Source of the DNA: Eledone cirrhosa
Taxonomy: Eukaryota
Direction: 5' to 3'
DNA: 64,000 nt
Assembly (NCBI GenBank): GCA_964016885.1
Contig: OZ024744.1
Location: forward strand, 15,748,001 to 15,812,000
The notes beneath the pieces were generated by a model. That model made no database searches, was not told the origin of the DNA, and saw only the letters and a list, made by a program, of their open reading frames with translations. A program made the position numbers and the translations under genes. Below are positions 12,101 to 27,039 of this stretch, one piece after another (the stretch's first letter is position 1; each line of letters starts with the position of its first letter).

Positions 12101-15100
12101 TAGTAACTTGTGTATAACTTCCTCTACTGTGTCTCCCGTGAGCTGGTTCCCACAATAGTAACTTGTGTATAACTTCCTCTACTGTGTCTCCCGTGAGTTG
12201 GTCCCCACAATAGTAACTTGTGCATAACTTCCTCTACTGTATCTCCTGTGTGTTGGTTCCCACAATAGTAACTTGTGTATTACTTGCTCTACTGTATCTC
12301 CTGTGTGTTGGTTCCCACAATAGTAACTTGTGTATAACTTCCTCTACTGTATCTCCTGTGTGTTGGTTCCCACAATAATAACATGTGTATAACTTCCTCT
12401 ACTGTGTCTCCCGTGAGTTGGTTCCCAGAATAGTAACTTGTGTATAACTTCCTCTACTGAGTCTCCCGTGAGTTGGTCCCCACAATAGTAACTTGTGCAT
12501 ACCTTCCTCTACTGTATCTCCTGTGTGTTGGTTCCCACAATAGTAACTTGTGTATAACTTCCTCTACTGTGTCTCCTGTGTGTTGGTTCCCACAATAGTA
12601 ACTTGTGTATAACTTCCTCTACTGTATCTCCTGTGTGTTGGTTCCCACAATAATAACATGTGTATAACTTCCTCTACTGTGTCTCCCGGGAGTTGGTTCA
12701 CACAAAAGTAACTTGTCTATAACTTCCTCTACTGTGTCGCCCGTGAGTTGGTCCCCACAATAGTAACTTGTGCATAACTTGCTCTACTGTATCTCCTGTG
12801 TGTTGGTTCCCACAATAGTAACTTGTGTATAACTTCCTCTACTGTATCTCCTGTGTGTTGGTTCCCACAATAGTAAATTGTGTATAACTTCCTCTGTGTC
12901 ACCCGTGAGTTGGTTCCCACAATAGTAACTTGTGTATAACTTACTCTACTGTGTCTCCCGTGAGTTGGTTCCCACAATAGTAACTTGTGTATAACTTCCT
13001 CTACTGTATCTCCTGTGTGTTGGTTCCCACAATAGTAAGTTGTGTATAACTTCCTCTACTGTGTCTCCTGTGTGTCGGTTCCCACAATAGTAACTTGTGT
13101 ATAACTTCCTCTACTGTATCTCCTGTAGGTTGGTTCCCACAATAGTAACTTGTGTATAACTTCCTCTACTGTGTCTCCTGTGTGTTGATTCCCACAATAG
13201 TAACTTGTGTATAACTTCCTCTACTGTGTCTCCGGTTAGTTGGTCCCCACAATAATATCTTGTGTATAACTTCCTCTACTGTGTCTCCTGTGTGTTGGTT
13301 CCCACAATAGTAACTTGTGTATAACTTCCACTACTGTGTCTCCTGTGTGTTGGTTCCCAAAATAGTAACTTGTGTATAACTTCCTCTACTGTGTCTTCCG
13401 TGAGTTGGTTCCCACAATAGTAACTTGTGTATAACTTGCTCTACTGTATCTCATGTGTGTTGGTTCCCACAATAGTAACTTGTGTATAACTTCCTCTACT
13501 GTGTCTCCCGTGAGTTGGTTCCCACAATAGTAACTTGTGTATAACTTCCTCTACTGTATCTCCTATGTGTTGGTTCCTACAATAGTAACTTGTGTATAAC
13601 TTCCTCTACTGTGTCTCCTGTGTGTTGATTCCCACAATAGTAACTTGTGTATAACTTCCTCTACTGTGTCTCCCGTTAGTTGGTCCCCACAATAATATCT
13701 TGTGTATAACTTCCTCTACTGTGTCTCCTGTGTGTTGGTTCCCACAATAGTAACTTGTGTATAACTTCCTCTACTGTGTCTCCCGTGAGTTGGTTCCCAC
13801 AATAGTAACCTGTGTATAACTTCCTCTACTGTATCTCCTGTGTGTTGGTTCCCACAATAATAACATGTGTATAACTTCCTCTACTGTGTCTCCCGTGAGT
13901 TGGTTCCCAGAATAGTAACTTGTGTATAACTTCCTCTACTGAGTCTCCCGTGAGTTGGTCCCCACAATAGTAACTTGTGCATATCTTCCTCTACTGTATC
14001 TCCTGTGTGTTGGTTCCCACAATAGTAACTTGTGTATAACTTCCTCTACTGTGTCTCCTGTGTGTTGGTTCCCACAATAGTAACTTGTGTATAACTTCCT
14101 CTACTGTATCTCCTGTGTGTTGGTTCCCACAATAATAACATGTGTATAACTTACTCTACTGTGTCTCCCGTGAGTTGGTGCCCACAATAGTAACTTGTGT
14201 ATAACTTCCTCTACTGTGTGTCCCGTGAATTGGTTCCCATAATAGTAACTTGTGTATAACTTCCTCTACTGTGTCTCCCGTGAGTTGGTTCCCACAATAG
14301 TAACTTGTGTATAACTTCCTCTACTGTGTGTCCCGTGAGTTGGTTCCCACAATAGTAACTTGTGTATAACTTCCTCTACTGTGTCTCCTGTGTGTTGGTT
14401 CCCACAATAGTAACTTGTGTATAACTTCCTCTACTGTGTCTCCCGTGAGTTGGTCCCCACAATAGTAACTTGTGTATAACTTCCTCTACTGTGTCTCCTC
14501 TGTGTTGGTTCCCACAATAGTAACTTGTGTATAACTTCCTCTACTGTATCTCCCGTGAGTTGGTCCCCACAATAGTAACTCGTGTATAACTTCCTCTACT
14601 GTATCTCCTGTGTGTTGGTTCCCACAATTGTAACTTGTGTATAACTTCCTCTAATGTATCTCCTGTGTGTTGGTTCCCACACTAGTAAATTGTGTATAAC
14701 TTCCTCTACTGTGTCTCCCGTGAGTTGGTTCCCACAATAGTAACTTGTGTATAACTTCCTCTACTGTATCTCCTGTGTGTTGGTTCCCACAATAGTAAAT
14801 TGTGTATAACTTCCTCTACTGTATCTCCTGTGTGTTGGTTCCCACAATAATAACTTGTGTATTACTTCCTCTACTGTGTCTCCCGTGAGTTGGTTCCCAC
14901 AATAGTAACTTGTGTATAACTTCCTCTACTGTGTCTCCTGTGTGTTGGTTCCCACAATAGTAACTTGTGTATAACTTCCTCTACTGTGTCTCCTGTATGT
15001 TGGTTCCCACAATAGTAACTTGTGTAAAACTTCCTCTACTGTGTCTCCTGTGTGTTGGTTCCCACAATAGTAACTTGTGTATAACTTCCTCTACTGTCTC

Positions 15101-18100
15101 TCGTGAGTTGGTTCCCACAATGGTAACTTGTGTATAACTTCCTCTACTGTGTCCCCCGTGAGTTGGTCCCCACAATAGTAACTTGTGCATAACTTACTCT
15201 ACTGTATCTCCTGTGTGTTGGTTCCCACAGTGTATAACTTCCTCTACTGTATCTCCTGTGTGTTGGTTCCCACAATAGTTACTTGTGTATAACTTACTCT
15301 ACTGTGTGCCCCGTGAGTTGGTCCCCACAATAGTAACTTGTGTATAACTTACTCTACTGTGTCTCCCGTGAGTTGGTCACCACAATAGTAACTTGTGTAT
15401 AACTTCCTCTACTGTATCTCCTGTGTGTTGGTTCCCACAATAGTAACTTGTGTATAACTTCCTCTACTGTATCTCCTGTGTGTTGGTTCCCACAATAGTA
15501 ACTTGTGTTTAACTTCCTCTACTGTTTCTCCCGTGAGTTGGTTCCCACAATACTAACTTGTGTATAACTACCCATACTCTGTATCTCATGAGTTGGTTCC
15601 CACAATAGTAACTTGTGTTTAACTTCCTCTACTGTTTCTCCCGTGAGTTGGTTCCCACAATAGTAACTTGTGTATAACTACCCTTACTCTGTATCTCGTG
15701 AGTTGGTTCCCACAATAGTAACTTGTGCATAACTTCCTCTACTGTATCTCCTGTGTGTTCGTTCCCACAATAGTAACTTGTGTATAACTTCCCCTACTGT
15801 ATCTCCTGTGTGTTGGTTCCCACAATAATAACATGTGTATAACTTACTCTACTGTGTCTCTCGTGAGTTGGTTCCCACAATAGTAATTTGTGTATAACTT
15901 CCTCTACTGTGTGTCCCGTGAATTGGTTCCCATAATAGTAACTTGTGTATAACTTCCTCTACTGTGTCTCCCGTGAGTTGGTCCCCACAATAGTAACTTG
16001 TATATAACTTCCTCTACTGTGCCTCCTGTGTGTTGGTTCCCACAATAGTAACTTGTGTATAACTTCCTCTACTGTGTCTCCTGTGTGTTGGTTCCCACAA
16101 TAGTAACCTGTGTATAACTTCCTCTACTGTATCTCCTGTGTGTTGGTTCCTACAATAGTAACTTGTGTATAACTTCCTCTACTGTATCTCCTGTGTGTTG
16201 GTTCCCACAATAGTAAATTGTGTATAACTTCCTCTACTCTATCTCCTGTGTGTTGGTTCCCACAATAGTAACTTGTGTATAACTTGCTCTACTGTATCTC
16301 CTGTCTGTTGGTTCCCACAATAGTAAATTGTGTATAACTTCCTCTACTGTAATCCTGTGTGTTGCTTCCCACAATAATAACATGTGTATAACTTCCTCTA
16401 CTGTCTCTCCCGTGAGTTGGTTCCCACAATAGTAACTTGTGTATAACTTCCTCTACTGTGTCTCCTGTATGTTGGTTCCCACAATAGTAACTTGTGTATA
16501 ACTTCCTCGACTGTATCTCCTGTGTGTTGGTTCCCACAATAGTAACTTGTGTATAACTTCCTCTACTGTGTCTCCCGTGAGTTGGTTCCCACAATAGTAA
16601 CTTGTGTATAACTTCCTCTACTGTGTCTCCTGTGTGTTGGTTCCCACAATAGTAACTTGTGTATAACTTACTCTACTGTATCACCTGTGTGTTGGTTCCC
16701 ACAATAGTAAATTGTGTATAACTTCCTCTACTGTATCTCCTGTGTGTTGGTTCCCACAATAGTAACTTGTGTATAACTTCCTCTACTGTGTCTCCCGTGA
16801 GCTGGTTCCCACAATAGTAACTTGTGTATAACTTCCTCTACTGTGTCTCCCGTGAGTTGGTCCCCACAATAGTAACTTGTGCATAACTTCCTCTACTGTA
16901 TCTCCTGTGTGTTGGTTCCCACAATAGTAACTTGTGTATTACTTGCTCTACTGTATCTCCTGTGTGTTGGTTCCCACAATAGTAACTTGTGTATAACTTC
17001 CTCTACTGTATCTCCTGTGTGTTGGTTCCCACAATAATAACATGTGTATAACTTCCTCTACTGTGTCTCCCGTGAGTTGGTTCCCAGAATAGTAACTTGT
17101 GTATAACTTCCTCTACTGAGTCTCCCGTGAGTTGGTCCCCACAATAGTAACTTGTGCATACCTTCCTCTACTGTATCTCCTGTGTGTTGGTTCCCACAAT
17201 AGTAACTTGTGTATAACTTCCTCTACTGTGTCTCCTGTGTGTTGGTTCCCACAATAGTAACTTGTGTATAACTTCCTCTACTGTATCTCCTGTGTGTTGG
17301 TTCCCACAATAATAACATGTGTATAACTTCCTCTACTGTGTCTCCCGGGAGTTGGTTCACACAAAAGTAACTTGTCTATAACTTCCTCTACTGTGTCGCC
17401 CGTGAGTTGGTCCCCACAATAGTAACTTGTGCATAACTTGCTCTACTGTATCTCCTGTGTGTTGGTTCCCACAATAGTAACTTGTGTATAACTTCCTCTA
17501 CTGTATCTCCTGTGTGTTGGTTCCCACAATAGTAAATTGTGTATAACTTCCTCTGTGTCACCCGTGAGTTGGTTCCCACAATAGTAACTTGTGTATAACT
17601 TACTCTACTGTGTCTCCCGTGAGTTGGTTCCCACAATAGTAACTTGTGTATAACTTCCTCTACTGTATCTCCTGTGTGTTGGTTCCCACAATAGTAAGTT
17701 GTGTATAACTTCCTCTACTGTGTCTCCTGTGTGTCGGTTCCCACAATAGTAACTTGTGTATAACTTCCTCTACTGTATCTCCTGTAGGTTGGTTCCCACA
17801 ATAGTAACTTGTGTATAACTTCCTCTACTGTGTCTCCTGTGTGTTGATTCCCACAATAGTAACTTGTGTATAACTTCCTCTACTGTGTCTCCGGTTAGTT
17901 GGTCCCCACAATAATATCTTGTGTATAACTTCCTCTACTGTGTCTCCTGTGTGTTGGTTCCCACAATAGTAACTTGTGTATAACTTCCACTACTGTGTCT
18001 CCTGTGTGTTGGTTCCCACAATAGTAACTTGTGTATAACTTCCTCTACTGTATCTCCTGTGTGTTGGTTCCCACAATAATAACATGTGTATAACTTACTC

Positions 18101-21100
18101 TACTGTGTCTCTCGTGAGTTGGTTCCCACAATAGTAATTTGTGTATAACTTCCTCTACTGTGTGTCCCGTGAATTGGTTCCCATAATAGTAACTTGTGTA
18201 TAACTTCCTCTACTGTGTCTCCCGTGAGTTGGTCCCCACAATAGTAACTTGTATATAACTTCCTCTACTGTGCCTCCTGTGTGTTGGTTCCCACAATAGT
18301 AACTTGTGTATAACTTCCTCTACTGTGTCTCCTGTGTGTTGGTTCCCACAATAGTAACCTGTGTATAACTTCCTCTACTGTATCTCCTGTGTGTTGGTTC
18401 CTACAATAGTAACTTGTGTATAACTTCCTCTACTGTATCTCCTGTGTGTTGGTTCCCACAATAGTAAATTGTGTATAACTTCCTCTACTCTATCTCCTGT
18501 GTGTTGGTTCCCACAATAGTAACTTGTGTATAACTTGCTCTACTGTATCTCCTGTCTGTTGGTTCCCACAATAGTAAATTGTGTATAACTTCCTCTACTG
18601 TAATCCTGTGTGTTGCTTCCCACAATAATAACATGTGTATAACTTCCTCTACTGTGTCTCCCGTGAGTTGGTTCCCACAATAGTAACTTGTGTATAACTT
18701 CCTCTACTGTGTCTCCTGTATGTTGGTTCCCACAATAGTAACTTGTGTATAACTTCCTCGACTGTATCTCCTGTGTGTTGGTTCCCACAATAGTAACTTG
18801 TGTATAACTTCCTCTACTGTGTCTCCCGTGAGTTGGTTCCCACAATAGTAACTTGTGTATAACTTCCTCTACTGTGTCTCCTGTGTGTTGGTTCCCACAA
18901 TAGTAACTTGTGTATAACTTACTCTACTGTATCACCTGTGTGTTGGTTCCCACAATAGTAAATTGTGTATAACTTCCTCTACTGTATCTCCTGTGTGTTG
19001 GTTCCCACAATAGTAACTTGTGTATAACTTCCTCTACTGTGTCTCCCGTGAGCTGGTTCCCACAATAGTAACTTCTGTATAACTTCCTCTACTGTGTCTC
19101 CCGTGAGTTGGTCCCCACAATAGTAACTTGTGCATAACTTCCTCTACTGTATCTCCTGTGTGTTGGTTCCCACAATAGTAACTTGTGTATTACTTGCTCT
19201 ACTGTATCTCCTGTGTGTTGGTTCCCACAATAGTAACTTGTGTATAACTTCCTCTACTGTATCTCCTGTGTGTTGGTTCCCACAATAATAACATGTGTAT
19301 AACTTCCTCTACTGTGTCTCCCGTGAGTTGGTTCCCAGAATAGTAACTTGTGTATAACTTCCTCTACTGAGTCTCCCGTGAGTTGGTCCCCACAATAGTA
19401 ACTTGTGCATACCTTCCTCTACTGTATCTCCTGTGTGTTGGTTCCCACAATAGTAACTTGTGTATAACTTCCTCTACTGTGTCTCCTGTGTGTTGGTTCC
19501 CACAATAGTAACTTGTGTATAACTTCCTCTACTGTATCTCCTGTGTGTTGGTTCCCACAATAATAACATGTGTATAACTTCCTCTACTGTGTCTCCCGGG
19601 AGTTGGTTCACACAAAAGTAACTTGTCTATAACTTCCTCTACCGTGTCGCCCGTGAGTTGGTCCCCACAATAGTAACTTGTGCATAACTTGCTCTACTGT
19701 ATCTCCTGTGTGTTGGTTCCCACAATAGTAACTTGTGTATAACTTCCTCTACTGTATCTCCTGTGTGTTGGTTCCCACAATAGTAAATTGTGTATAACTT
19801 CCTCTGTGTCACCCGTGAGTTGGTTCCCACAATAGTAACTTGTGTATAACTTACTCTACTGTGTCTCCCGTGAGTTGGTTCCCACAATAGTAACTTGTGT
19901 ATAACTTCCTCTACTGTATCTCCTGTGTGTTGGTTCCCACAATAGTAAGTTGTGTATAACTTCCTCTACTGTGTCTCCTGTGTGTCGGTTCCCACAATAG
20001 TAACTTGTGTATAACTTCCTCTACTGTATCTCCTGTAGGTTGGTTCCCACAATAGTAACTTGTGTATAACTTCCTCTACTGTGTCTCCTGTGTGTTGATT
20101 CCCACAATAGTAACTTGTGTATAACTTCCTCTACTGTGTCTCCGGTTAGTTGGTCCCCACAATAATATCTTGTGTATAACTTCCTCTACTGTGTCTCCTG
20201 TGTGTTGGTTCCCACAATAGTAACTTGTGTATAACTTCCACTACTGTGTCTCCTGTGTGTTGGTTCCCAAAATAGTAACTTGTGTATAACTTCCTCTACT
20301 GTGTCTTCCGTGAGTTGGTTCCCACAATAGTAACTTGTGTATAACTTGCTCTACTGTATCTCATGTGTGTTGGTTCCCACAATAGTAACTTGTGTATAAC
20401 TTCCTCTACTGTGTCTCCCGTGAGTTGGTTCCCACAATAGTAACTTGTGTATAACTTCCTCTACTGTATCTCCTATGTGTTGGTTCCTACAATAGTAACT
20501 TGTGTATAACTTCCTCTACTGTGTCTCCTGTGTGTTGATTCCCACAATAGTAACTTGTGTATAACTTCCTCTACTGTGTCTCCCGTTAGTTGGTCCCCAC
20601 AATAATATCTTGTGTATAACTTCCTCTACTGTGTCTCCTGTGTGTTGGTTCCCACAATAGTAACTTGTGTATAACTTCCTCTACTGTGTCTCCCGTGAGT
20701 TGTTTCCCACAATAGTAACCTGTGTATAACTTCCTCTACTGTATCTCCTGTGTGTTGGTTCCCACAATAATAACATGTGTATAACTTCCTCTACTGTGTC
20801 TCCCGTGAGGTGGTTCCCAGAATAGTAACTTGTGTATAACTTCCTCTACTGAGTCTCCCGTGAGTTGGTCCCCACAATAGTAACTTGTGCATATCTTCCT
20901 CTACTGTATCTCCTGTGTGTTGGTTCCCACAATAGTAACTTGTGTATAACTTCCTCTACTGTGTCTCCTGTGTGTTGGTTCCCACAATAGTAACTTGTGT
21001 ATAACTTCCTCTACTGTATCTCCTGTGTGTTGGTTCCCACAATAATAACATGTGTATAACTTACTCTACTGTGTCTCCCGTGAGTTGGTGCCCACAATAG

Positions 21101-22737
21101 TAACTTGTGTATAACTTCCTCTACTGTGTGTCCCGTGAATTGGTTCCCATAATAGTAACTTGTGTATAACTTCCTCTACTGTGTCTCCCGTGAGTTGGTT
21201 CCCACAATAGTAACTTGTGTATAACTTCCTCTACTGTGTGTCCCGTGAGTTGGTTCCCACAATAGTAACTTGTGTATAACTTCCTCTACTGTGTCTCCTG
21301 TGTGTTGGTTCCCACAATAGTAACTTGTGTATAACTTACTCTACTGTGTCTCCCGTGAGTTGGTCCCCACAATAGTAACTTGTGTATAACTTCCTCTACT
21401 GTGTCTCCTCTGTGTTGGTTCCCACAATAGTAACTTGTGTATAACTTCCTCTACTGTATCTCCCGTGAGTTGGTCCCCACAATAGTAACTCGTGTATAAC
21501 TTCCTCTACTGTATCTCCTGTGTGTTGGTTCCCACAATTGTAACTTGTGTATAACTTCCTCTAATGTATCTCCTGTGTGTTGGTTCCCACACTAGTAAAT
21601 TGTGTATAACTTCCTCTACTGTGTCTCCCGTGAGTTGGTTCCCACAATAGTAACTTGTGTATAACTTCCTCTACTGTATCTCCTGTGTGTTGGTTCCCAC
21701 AATAGTAAATTGTGTATAACTTCCTCTACTGTATCTCCTGTGTGTTGGTTCCCACAATAATAAATTGTGTATTACTTCCTCTACTGTGTCTCCCGTGAGT
21801 TGGTTCCCACAATAGTAACTTGTGTATAACTTCCTCTACTGTGTCTCCTGTGTGTTGGTTCCCACAATAGTAACTTGTGTATAACTTCCTCTACTGTGTC
21901 TCCTGTATGTTGGTTCCCACAATAGTAACTTGTGTATAACTTCCTCTACTGTGTCTCCTGTGTGTTGGTTCCCACAATAGTAACTTGTGTATAACTTCCT
22001 CTACTGTCTCTCGTGAGTTGGTTCCCACAATGGTAACTTGTGTATAACTTCCTCTACTGTGTCCCCCGTGAGTTGGTCCCCACAATAGTAACTTGTGCAT
22101 AACTTACTCTACTGTATCTCCTGTGTGTTGGTTCCCACAGTGTATAACTTCCTCTACTGTATCTCCTGTGTGTTGGTTCCCACAATAGTTACTTGTGTAT
22201 AACTTACTCTACTGTGTGCCCCGTGAGTTGGTCCCCACAATAGTAACTTGTGTATAACTTACTCTACTGTGTCTCCCGTGAGTTGGTCACCACAATAGTA
22301 ACTTGTGTATAACTTCCTCTACTGTATCTCCTGTGTGTTGGTTCCCACAATAGTAACTTGTGTATAACTTCCTCTACTGTATCTCCTGTGTGTTGGTTCC
22401 CACAATAGTAACTTGTGTTTAACTTCCTCTACTGTTTCTCCCGTGAGTTGGTTCCCACAATACTAACTTGTGTATAACTACCCATACTCTGTATCTCATG
22501 AGTTGGTTCCCACAATAGTAACTTGTGTTTAACTTCCTCTACTGTTTCTCCCGTGAGTTGGTTCCCACAATAGTAACTTGTGTATAACTACCCTTACTCT
22601 GTATCTCGTGAGTTGGTTCCCACAATAGTAACTTGTGCATAACTTCCTCTACTGTATCTCCTGTGTGTTCGTTCCCACAATAGTAACTTGTGTATAACTT
22701 CCCCTACTGTATCTCCTGTGTGTTGGTTCCCACAATA
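9130..22737 (+). repeat. Nested higher-order repeat: 6910-bp (126-monomer) duplication containing paired 2251-bp (41-monomer) units
   Basis: ORF-track pairs 10478/17388, 11630/18540, 12729/19639 and 14981/21891 all differ by 6910. Pairs 10478/12729, 16289/18540 and 17388/19639 differ by 2251. 2251 = 41x55 - 4 and 6910 = 126x55 - 20, matching the enclosed deletions. Confidence 0.9.
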
Positions 22738-25700
22738 GTAACTTGTGTATAACTTACTCTACTGTGTCTCTCGTGAGTTGGTCCCCACAATAGTAACTTG
22801 TGTATAACTTACTCTACTGTGTCTCCCGTGAGTTGGTCCCCATAATAGTAACTTGTGTATAACTTTCTCTACTGTATCTCCTGTGTGTTGGTTCCCACAA
22901 TAGTAACTTGTGTATAACTTCCTCTACTGTATCTCCTGTGTGTTGGTTCCCACAATAGTAACTTGTGTATAACTTACTCTACTGTGTCTCCCGTGAGTTG
23001 GTTCCCACAATAGTAACTTGTGTATAACTTCCTCTACTGTGTGTCCTGTGAATTGGTTCCCATAATAGTAACTTGTGTATAACTTCCTCTACTGTGTCTC
23101 CCGTGAGTTGGTCCCCACAATAGTAACTTGTATATAACTTCCTCTACTGTGCCTCCTGTGTGTTGGTTCCCACAATAGTAACTTGTGTATAACTTCCTCT
23201 ACTGTGTCTCCTGTGTGTTGGTTCCCACAATAGTAACCTGTGTATAACTTCCTCTACTGTATCTCCTGTGTGTTGGTTCCTACAATAGTAACTTGTGTAT
23301 AACTTCCTCTACTGTATCTCCTGTGTGTTGGTTCCCACAATAGTAAATTGTGTATAACTTCCTCTACTGTATCTCCTGTGTGTTGGTTCCCACAATAGTA
23401 ACTTGTGTATAACTTGCTCTACTGTATCTCCTGTCTGTTGGTTCCCACAATAGTAAATTGTGTATAACTTCCTCTACTGTAATCCTGTGTGTTGGTTCCC
23501 ACAATAATAACATGTGTATAACTTCCTCTACTGTGTCTCCCGTGAGTTGGTTCCCACAATAGTAACTTGTGTATAACTTCCTCTACTGTGTCTCCTGTAT
23601 GTTGGTTCCCACAATAGTAACTTGTGTATAACTTCCTCGACTGTATCTCCTGTGTGTTGGTTCCCACAATAGTAACTTGTGTATAACTTCCTCTACTGTG
23701 TCTCCCGTGAGTTGGTTCCCACAATAGTAACTTGTGTATAACTTCCTCTACTGTGTCTCCCGTGAGTTGGTCCCCACAATAGTAACTTGTGCATAACTTC
23801 CTCTACTGCATCTCCTGTGTGTTGGTTCCCACAATAGTAACTTGTGTATTACTTGCTCTACTGTATCTCCTGTGTGTTGGTTCCCACAATAGTAACTTGT
23901 GTATAACTTGCTCTACTGTATCTCCTGTGTGTTGGTTCCCACAATAATAACATGTGTATAACTTCCTCTACTGTATCTCCTGTGTGTTGGTTCCCACAAT
24001 AATAACATGTGTATAACTTACTCTACTGTGTCTCCCGTGAGTTGGTGCCCACAATAGTAACTTGTGTATAACTTCCTCGACTGTATCTCCTGTGTGTTGG
24101 TTCCCACAATAGTAACTTGTGTATAACTTCCTCTACTGTGTCTCCCGTGAGTTGGTTCCCACAATAGTAACTTGTGTATAACTTCCTCTACTGTGTCTCC
24201 CGTGAGTTGGTTCCCAGAATAGTAACTTGTGTATAACTTCCTCTACTGAGTCTCCCGTGAGTTGGTCCCCACAATAGTAACTTGTGCATACCTTCCTCTA
24301 CTGTATCTCCTGTGTGTTGGTTCCCACAATAGTAACTTGTGTATAACTTCCTCTACTGTGTCTCCTGTGTGTTGGTTCCCACAATAGTAACTTGTGTATA
24401 ACTTCCTCTACTGTATCTCCTGTGTGTTGGTTCCCACAATAATAACATGTGTATAACTTACTCTACTGTGTCTCCCGTGAGTTGGTGCCCACAATAGTAA
24501 CTTGTGTATAACTTCCTCTACTGTGTGTCCCGTGAATTGGTTCCCATAATAGTAACTTGTGTATAACTTCCTCTACTGTGTCTCCCGTGAGTTGGTTCCC
24601 ACAATAGTAAGTTGTGTATAACTTCCTCTACTGTGTGTCCCGTGAGTTGGTTCCCACAATAGTAACTTGTGTATAACTTCCTCTACTGTGTCTCCTGTGT
24701 GTTGGTTCCCACAATAGTAACTTGTGTATAACTTCCTCTACTGTGTCTCCCGTGAGTTGGTCCCCACAATAGTAACTTGTGTATAACTTCCTCTACTGTG
24801 TCTCCTCTGTGTTGGTTCCCACAATAGTAACTTGTGTATAACTTCCTCTACTGTATCTCCCGTGAGTTGGTCCCCACAATAGTAACTCGTGTATAACTTC
24901 CTCTACTGTATCTCCTGTGTGTTGGTTCCCACAATTGTAACTTGTGTATGACTTCCTCTAATGTATCTCCTGTGTGTTGGTTCCCACACTAGTAAATTGT
25001 GTATAACTTCCTCTACTGTGTCTCCCGTGAGTTGGTTCCCACAATAGTAACTTGTGTATAACTTCCTCTACTGTATCTCCTGTGTGTTGGTTTCCACAAT
25101 AGTAAATTGTGTATAACTTCCTCTACTGTATCTCCTGTGTGTTGGTTCCCACAATAATAACTTGTGTATTACTTCCTCTACTGTGTCTCCCGTGAGTTGG
25201 TTCCCACAATAGTAACTTGTGTATAACTTCCTCTACTGTGTCTCCTGTGTGTTGGTTCCCACAATAGTAACTTGTGTATAACTTCCTCTACTGTGTCTCC
25301 TGTATGTTGGTTCCCACAATAGTAACTTGTGTATAACTTCCTCTACTGTGTCTCCTGTGTGTTGGTTCCCACAATAGTAACTTGTGTATAACTTCCTCTA
25401 CTGTCTCTCGTGAGTTGGTTCCCACAATGGTAACTTGTGTATAACTTCCTCTACTGTGTCCCCCGTGAGTTGGTCCCCACAATAGTAACTTGTGCAGAAC
25501 TTACTCTACTGTATCTCCTGTGTGTTGGTTCCCACAGTGTATAACTTCCTCTACTGTATCTCCTGTGTGTTGGTTCCCACAATAGTTACTTGTGTATAAC
25601 TTACTCTACTGTGTGCCCCGTGAGTTGGTCCCCACAATAGTAACTTGTGTATAACTTACTCTACTGTGTCTCCCGTGAGTTGGTCACCACAATAGTAACT

Positions 25701-27039
25701 TGTGTATAACTTCCTCTACTGTATCTCCTGTGTGTTGGTTCCCACAATAGTAACTTGTGTATAACTTCCTCTACTGTATCTCCTGTGTGTTGGTTCCCAC
25801 AATAGTAACTTGTGTTTAACTTCCTCTACTGTTTCTCCCGTGAGTTGGTTCCCACAATAGTAACTTGTGTATAACTACCCTTACTCTGTATCTCGTGAGT
25901 TGGTTCCCACAATAGTAACTTGTGCATAACTTCCTCTACTGTATCTCCTGTGTGTTCGTTCCCACAATAGTAACTTGTGTATAACTTCCCCTACTGTATC
26001 TCCTGTGTGTTGGTTCCCACAATAGTAACTTGTGTATAACTTACTCTACTGTGTCTCTCGTGAGTTGGTCCCCACAATAGTAACTTGTGTATAACTTACT
26101 CTACTGTGTCTCCCGTGAGTTGGTCCCCATAATAGTAACTTGTGTATAACTTTCTCTACTGTATCTCCTGTGTGTTGGTTCCCACAATAGTAACTTGTGT
26201 ATAACTTCCTCTACTGTATCTCCTGTGTGTTGGTTCCCACAATAGTAACTTGTGTATAACTTACTCTACTGTGTCTCCCGTGAGTTGGTTCCCACAATAG
26301 TAACTTGTGTATAACTTCCTCTACTGTGTGTCCTGTGAATTGGTTCCCATAATAGTAACTTGTGTATAACTTCCTCTACTGTGTCTCCCGTGAGTTGGTC
26401 CCCACAATAGTAACTTGTATATAACTTCCTCTACTGTGCCTCCTGTGTGTTGGTTCCCACAATAGTAACTTGTGTATAACTTCCTCTACTGTGTCTCCTG
26501 TGTGTTGGTTCCCACAATAGTAACCTGTGTTTAACTTCCTCTACTGTATCTCCTGTGTGTTGGTTCCTACAATAGTAACTTGTGTATAACTTCCTCTACT
26601 GTATCTCCTGTGTGTTGGTTCCCACAATAGTAAATTGTGTATAACTTCCTCTACTGTATCTCCTGTGTGTTGGTTCCCACAATAGTAACTTGTGTATAAC
26701 TTGCTCTACTGTATCTCCTGTCTGTTGGTTCCCACAATAGTAAATTGTGTATAACTTCCTCTACTGTAATCCTGTGTGTTGGTTCCCACAATAATAACAT
26801 GTGTATAACTTCCTCTACTGTGTCTCCCGTGAGTTGGTTCCCACAATAGTAACTTGTGTATAACTTCCTCTACTGTGTCTCCTGTATGTTGGTTCCCACA
26901 ATAGTAACTTGTGTATAACTTCCTCGACTGTATCTCCTGTGTGTTGGTTCCCACAATAGTAACTTGTGTATAACTTCCTCTACTGTGTCTCCCGTGAGTT
27001 GGTTCCCACAATAGTAACTTGTGTATAACTTCCTCTACT

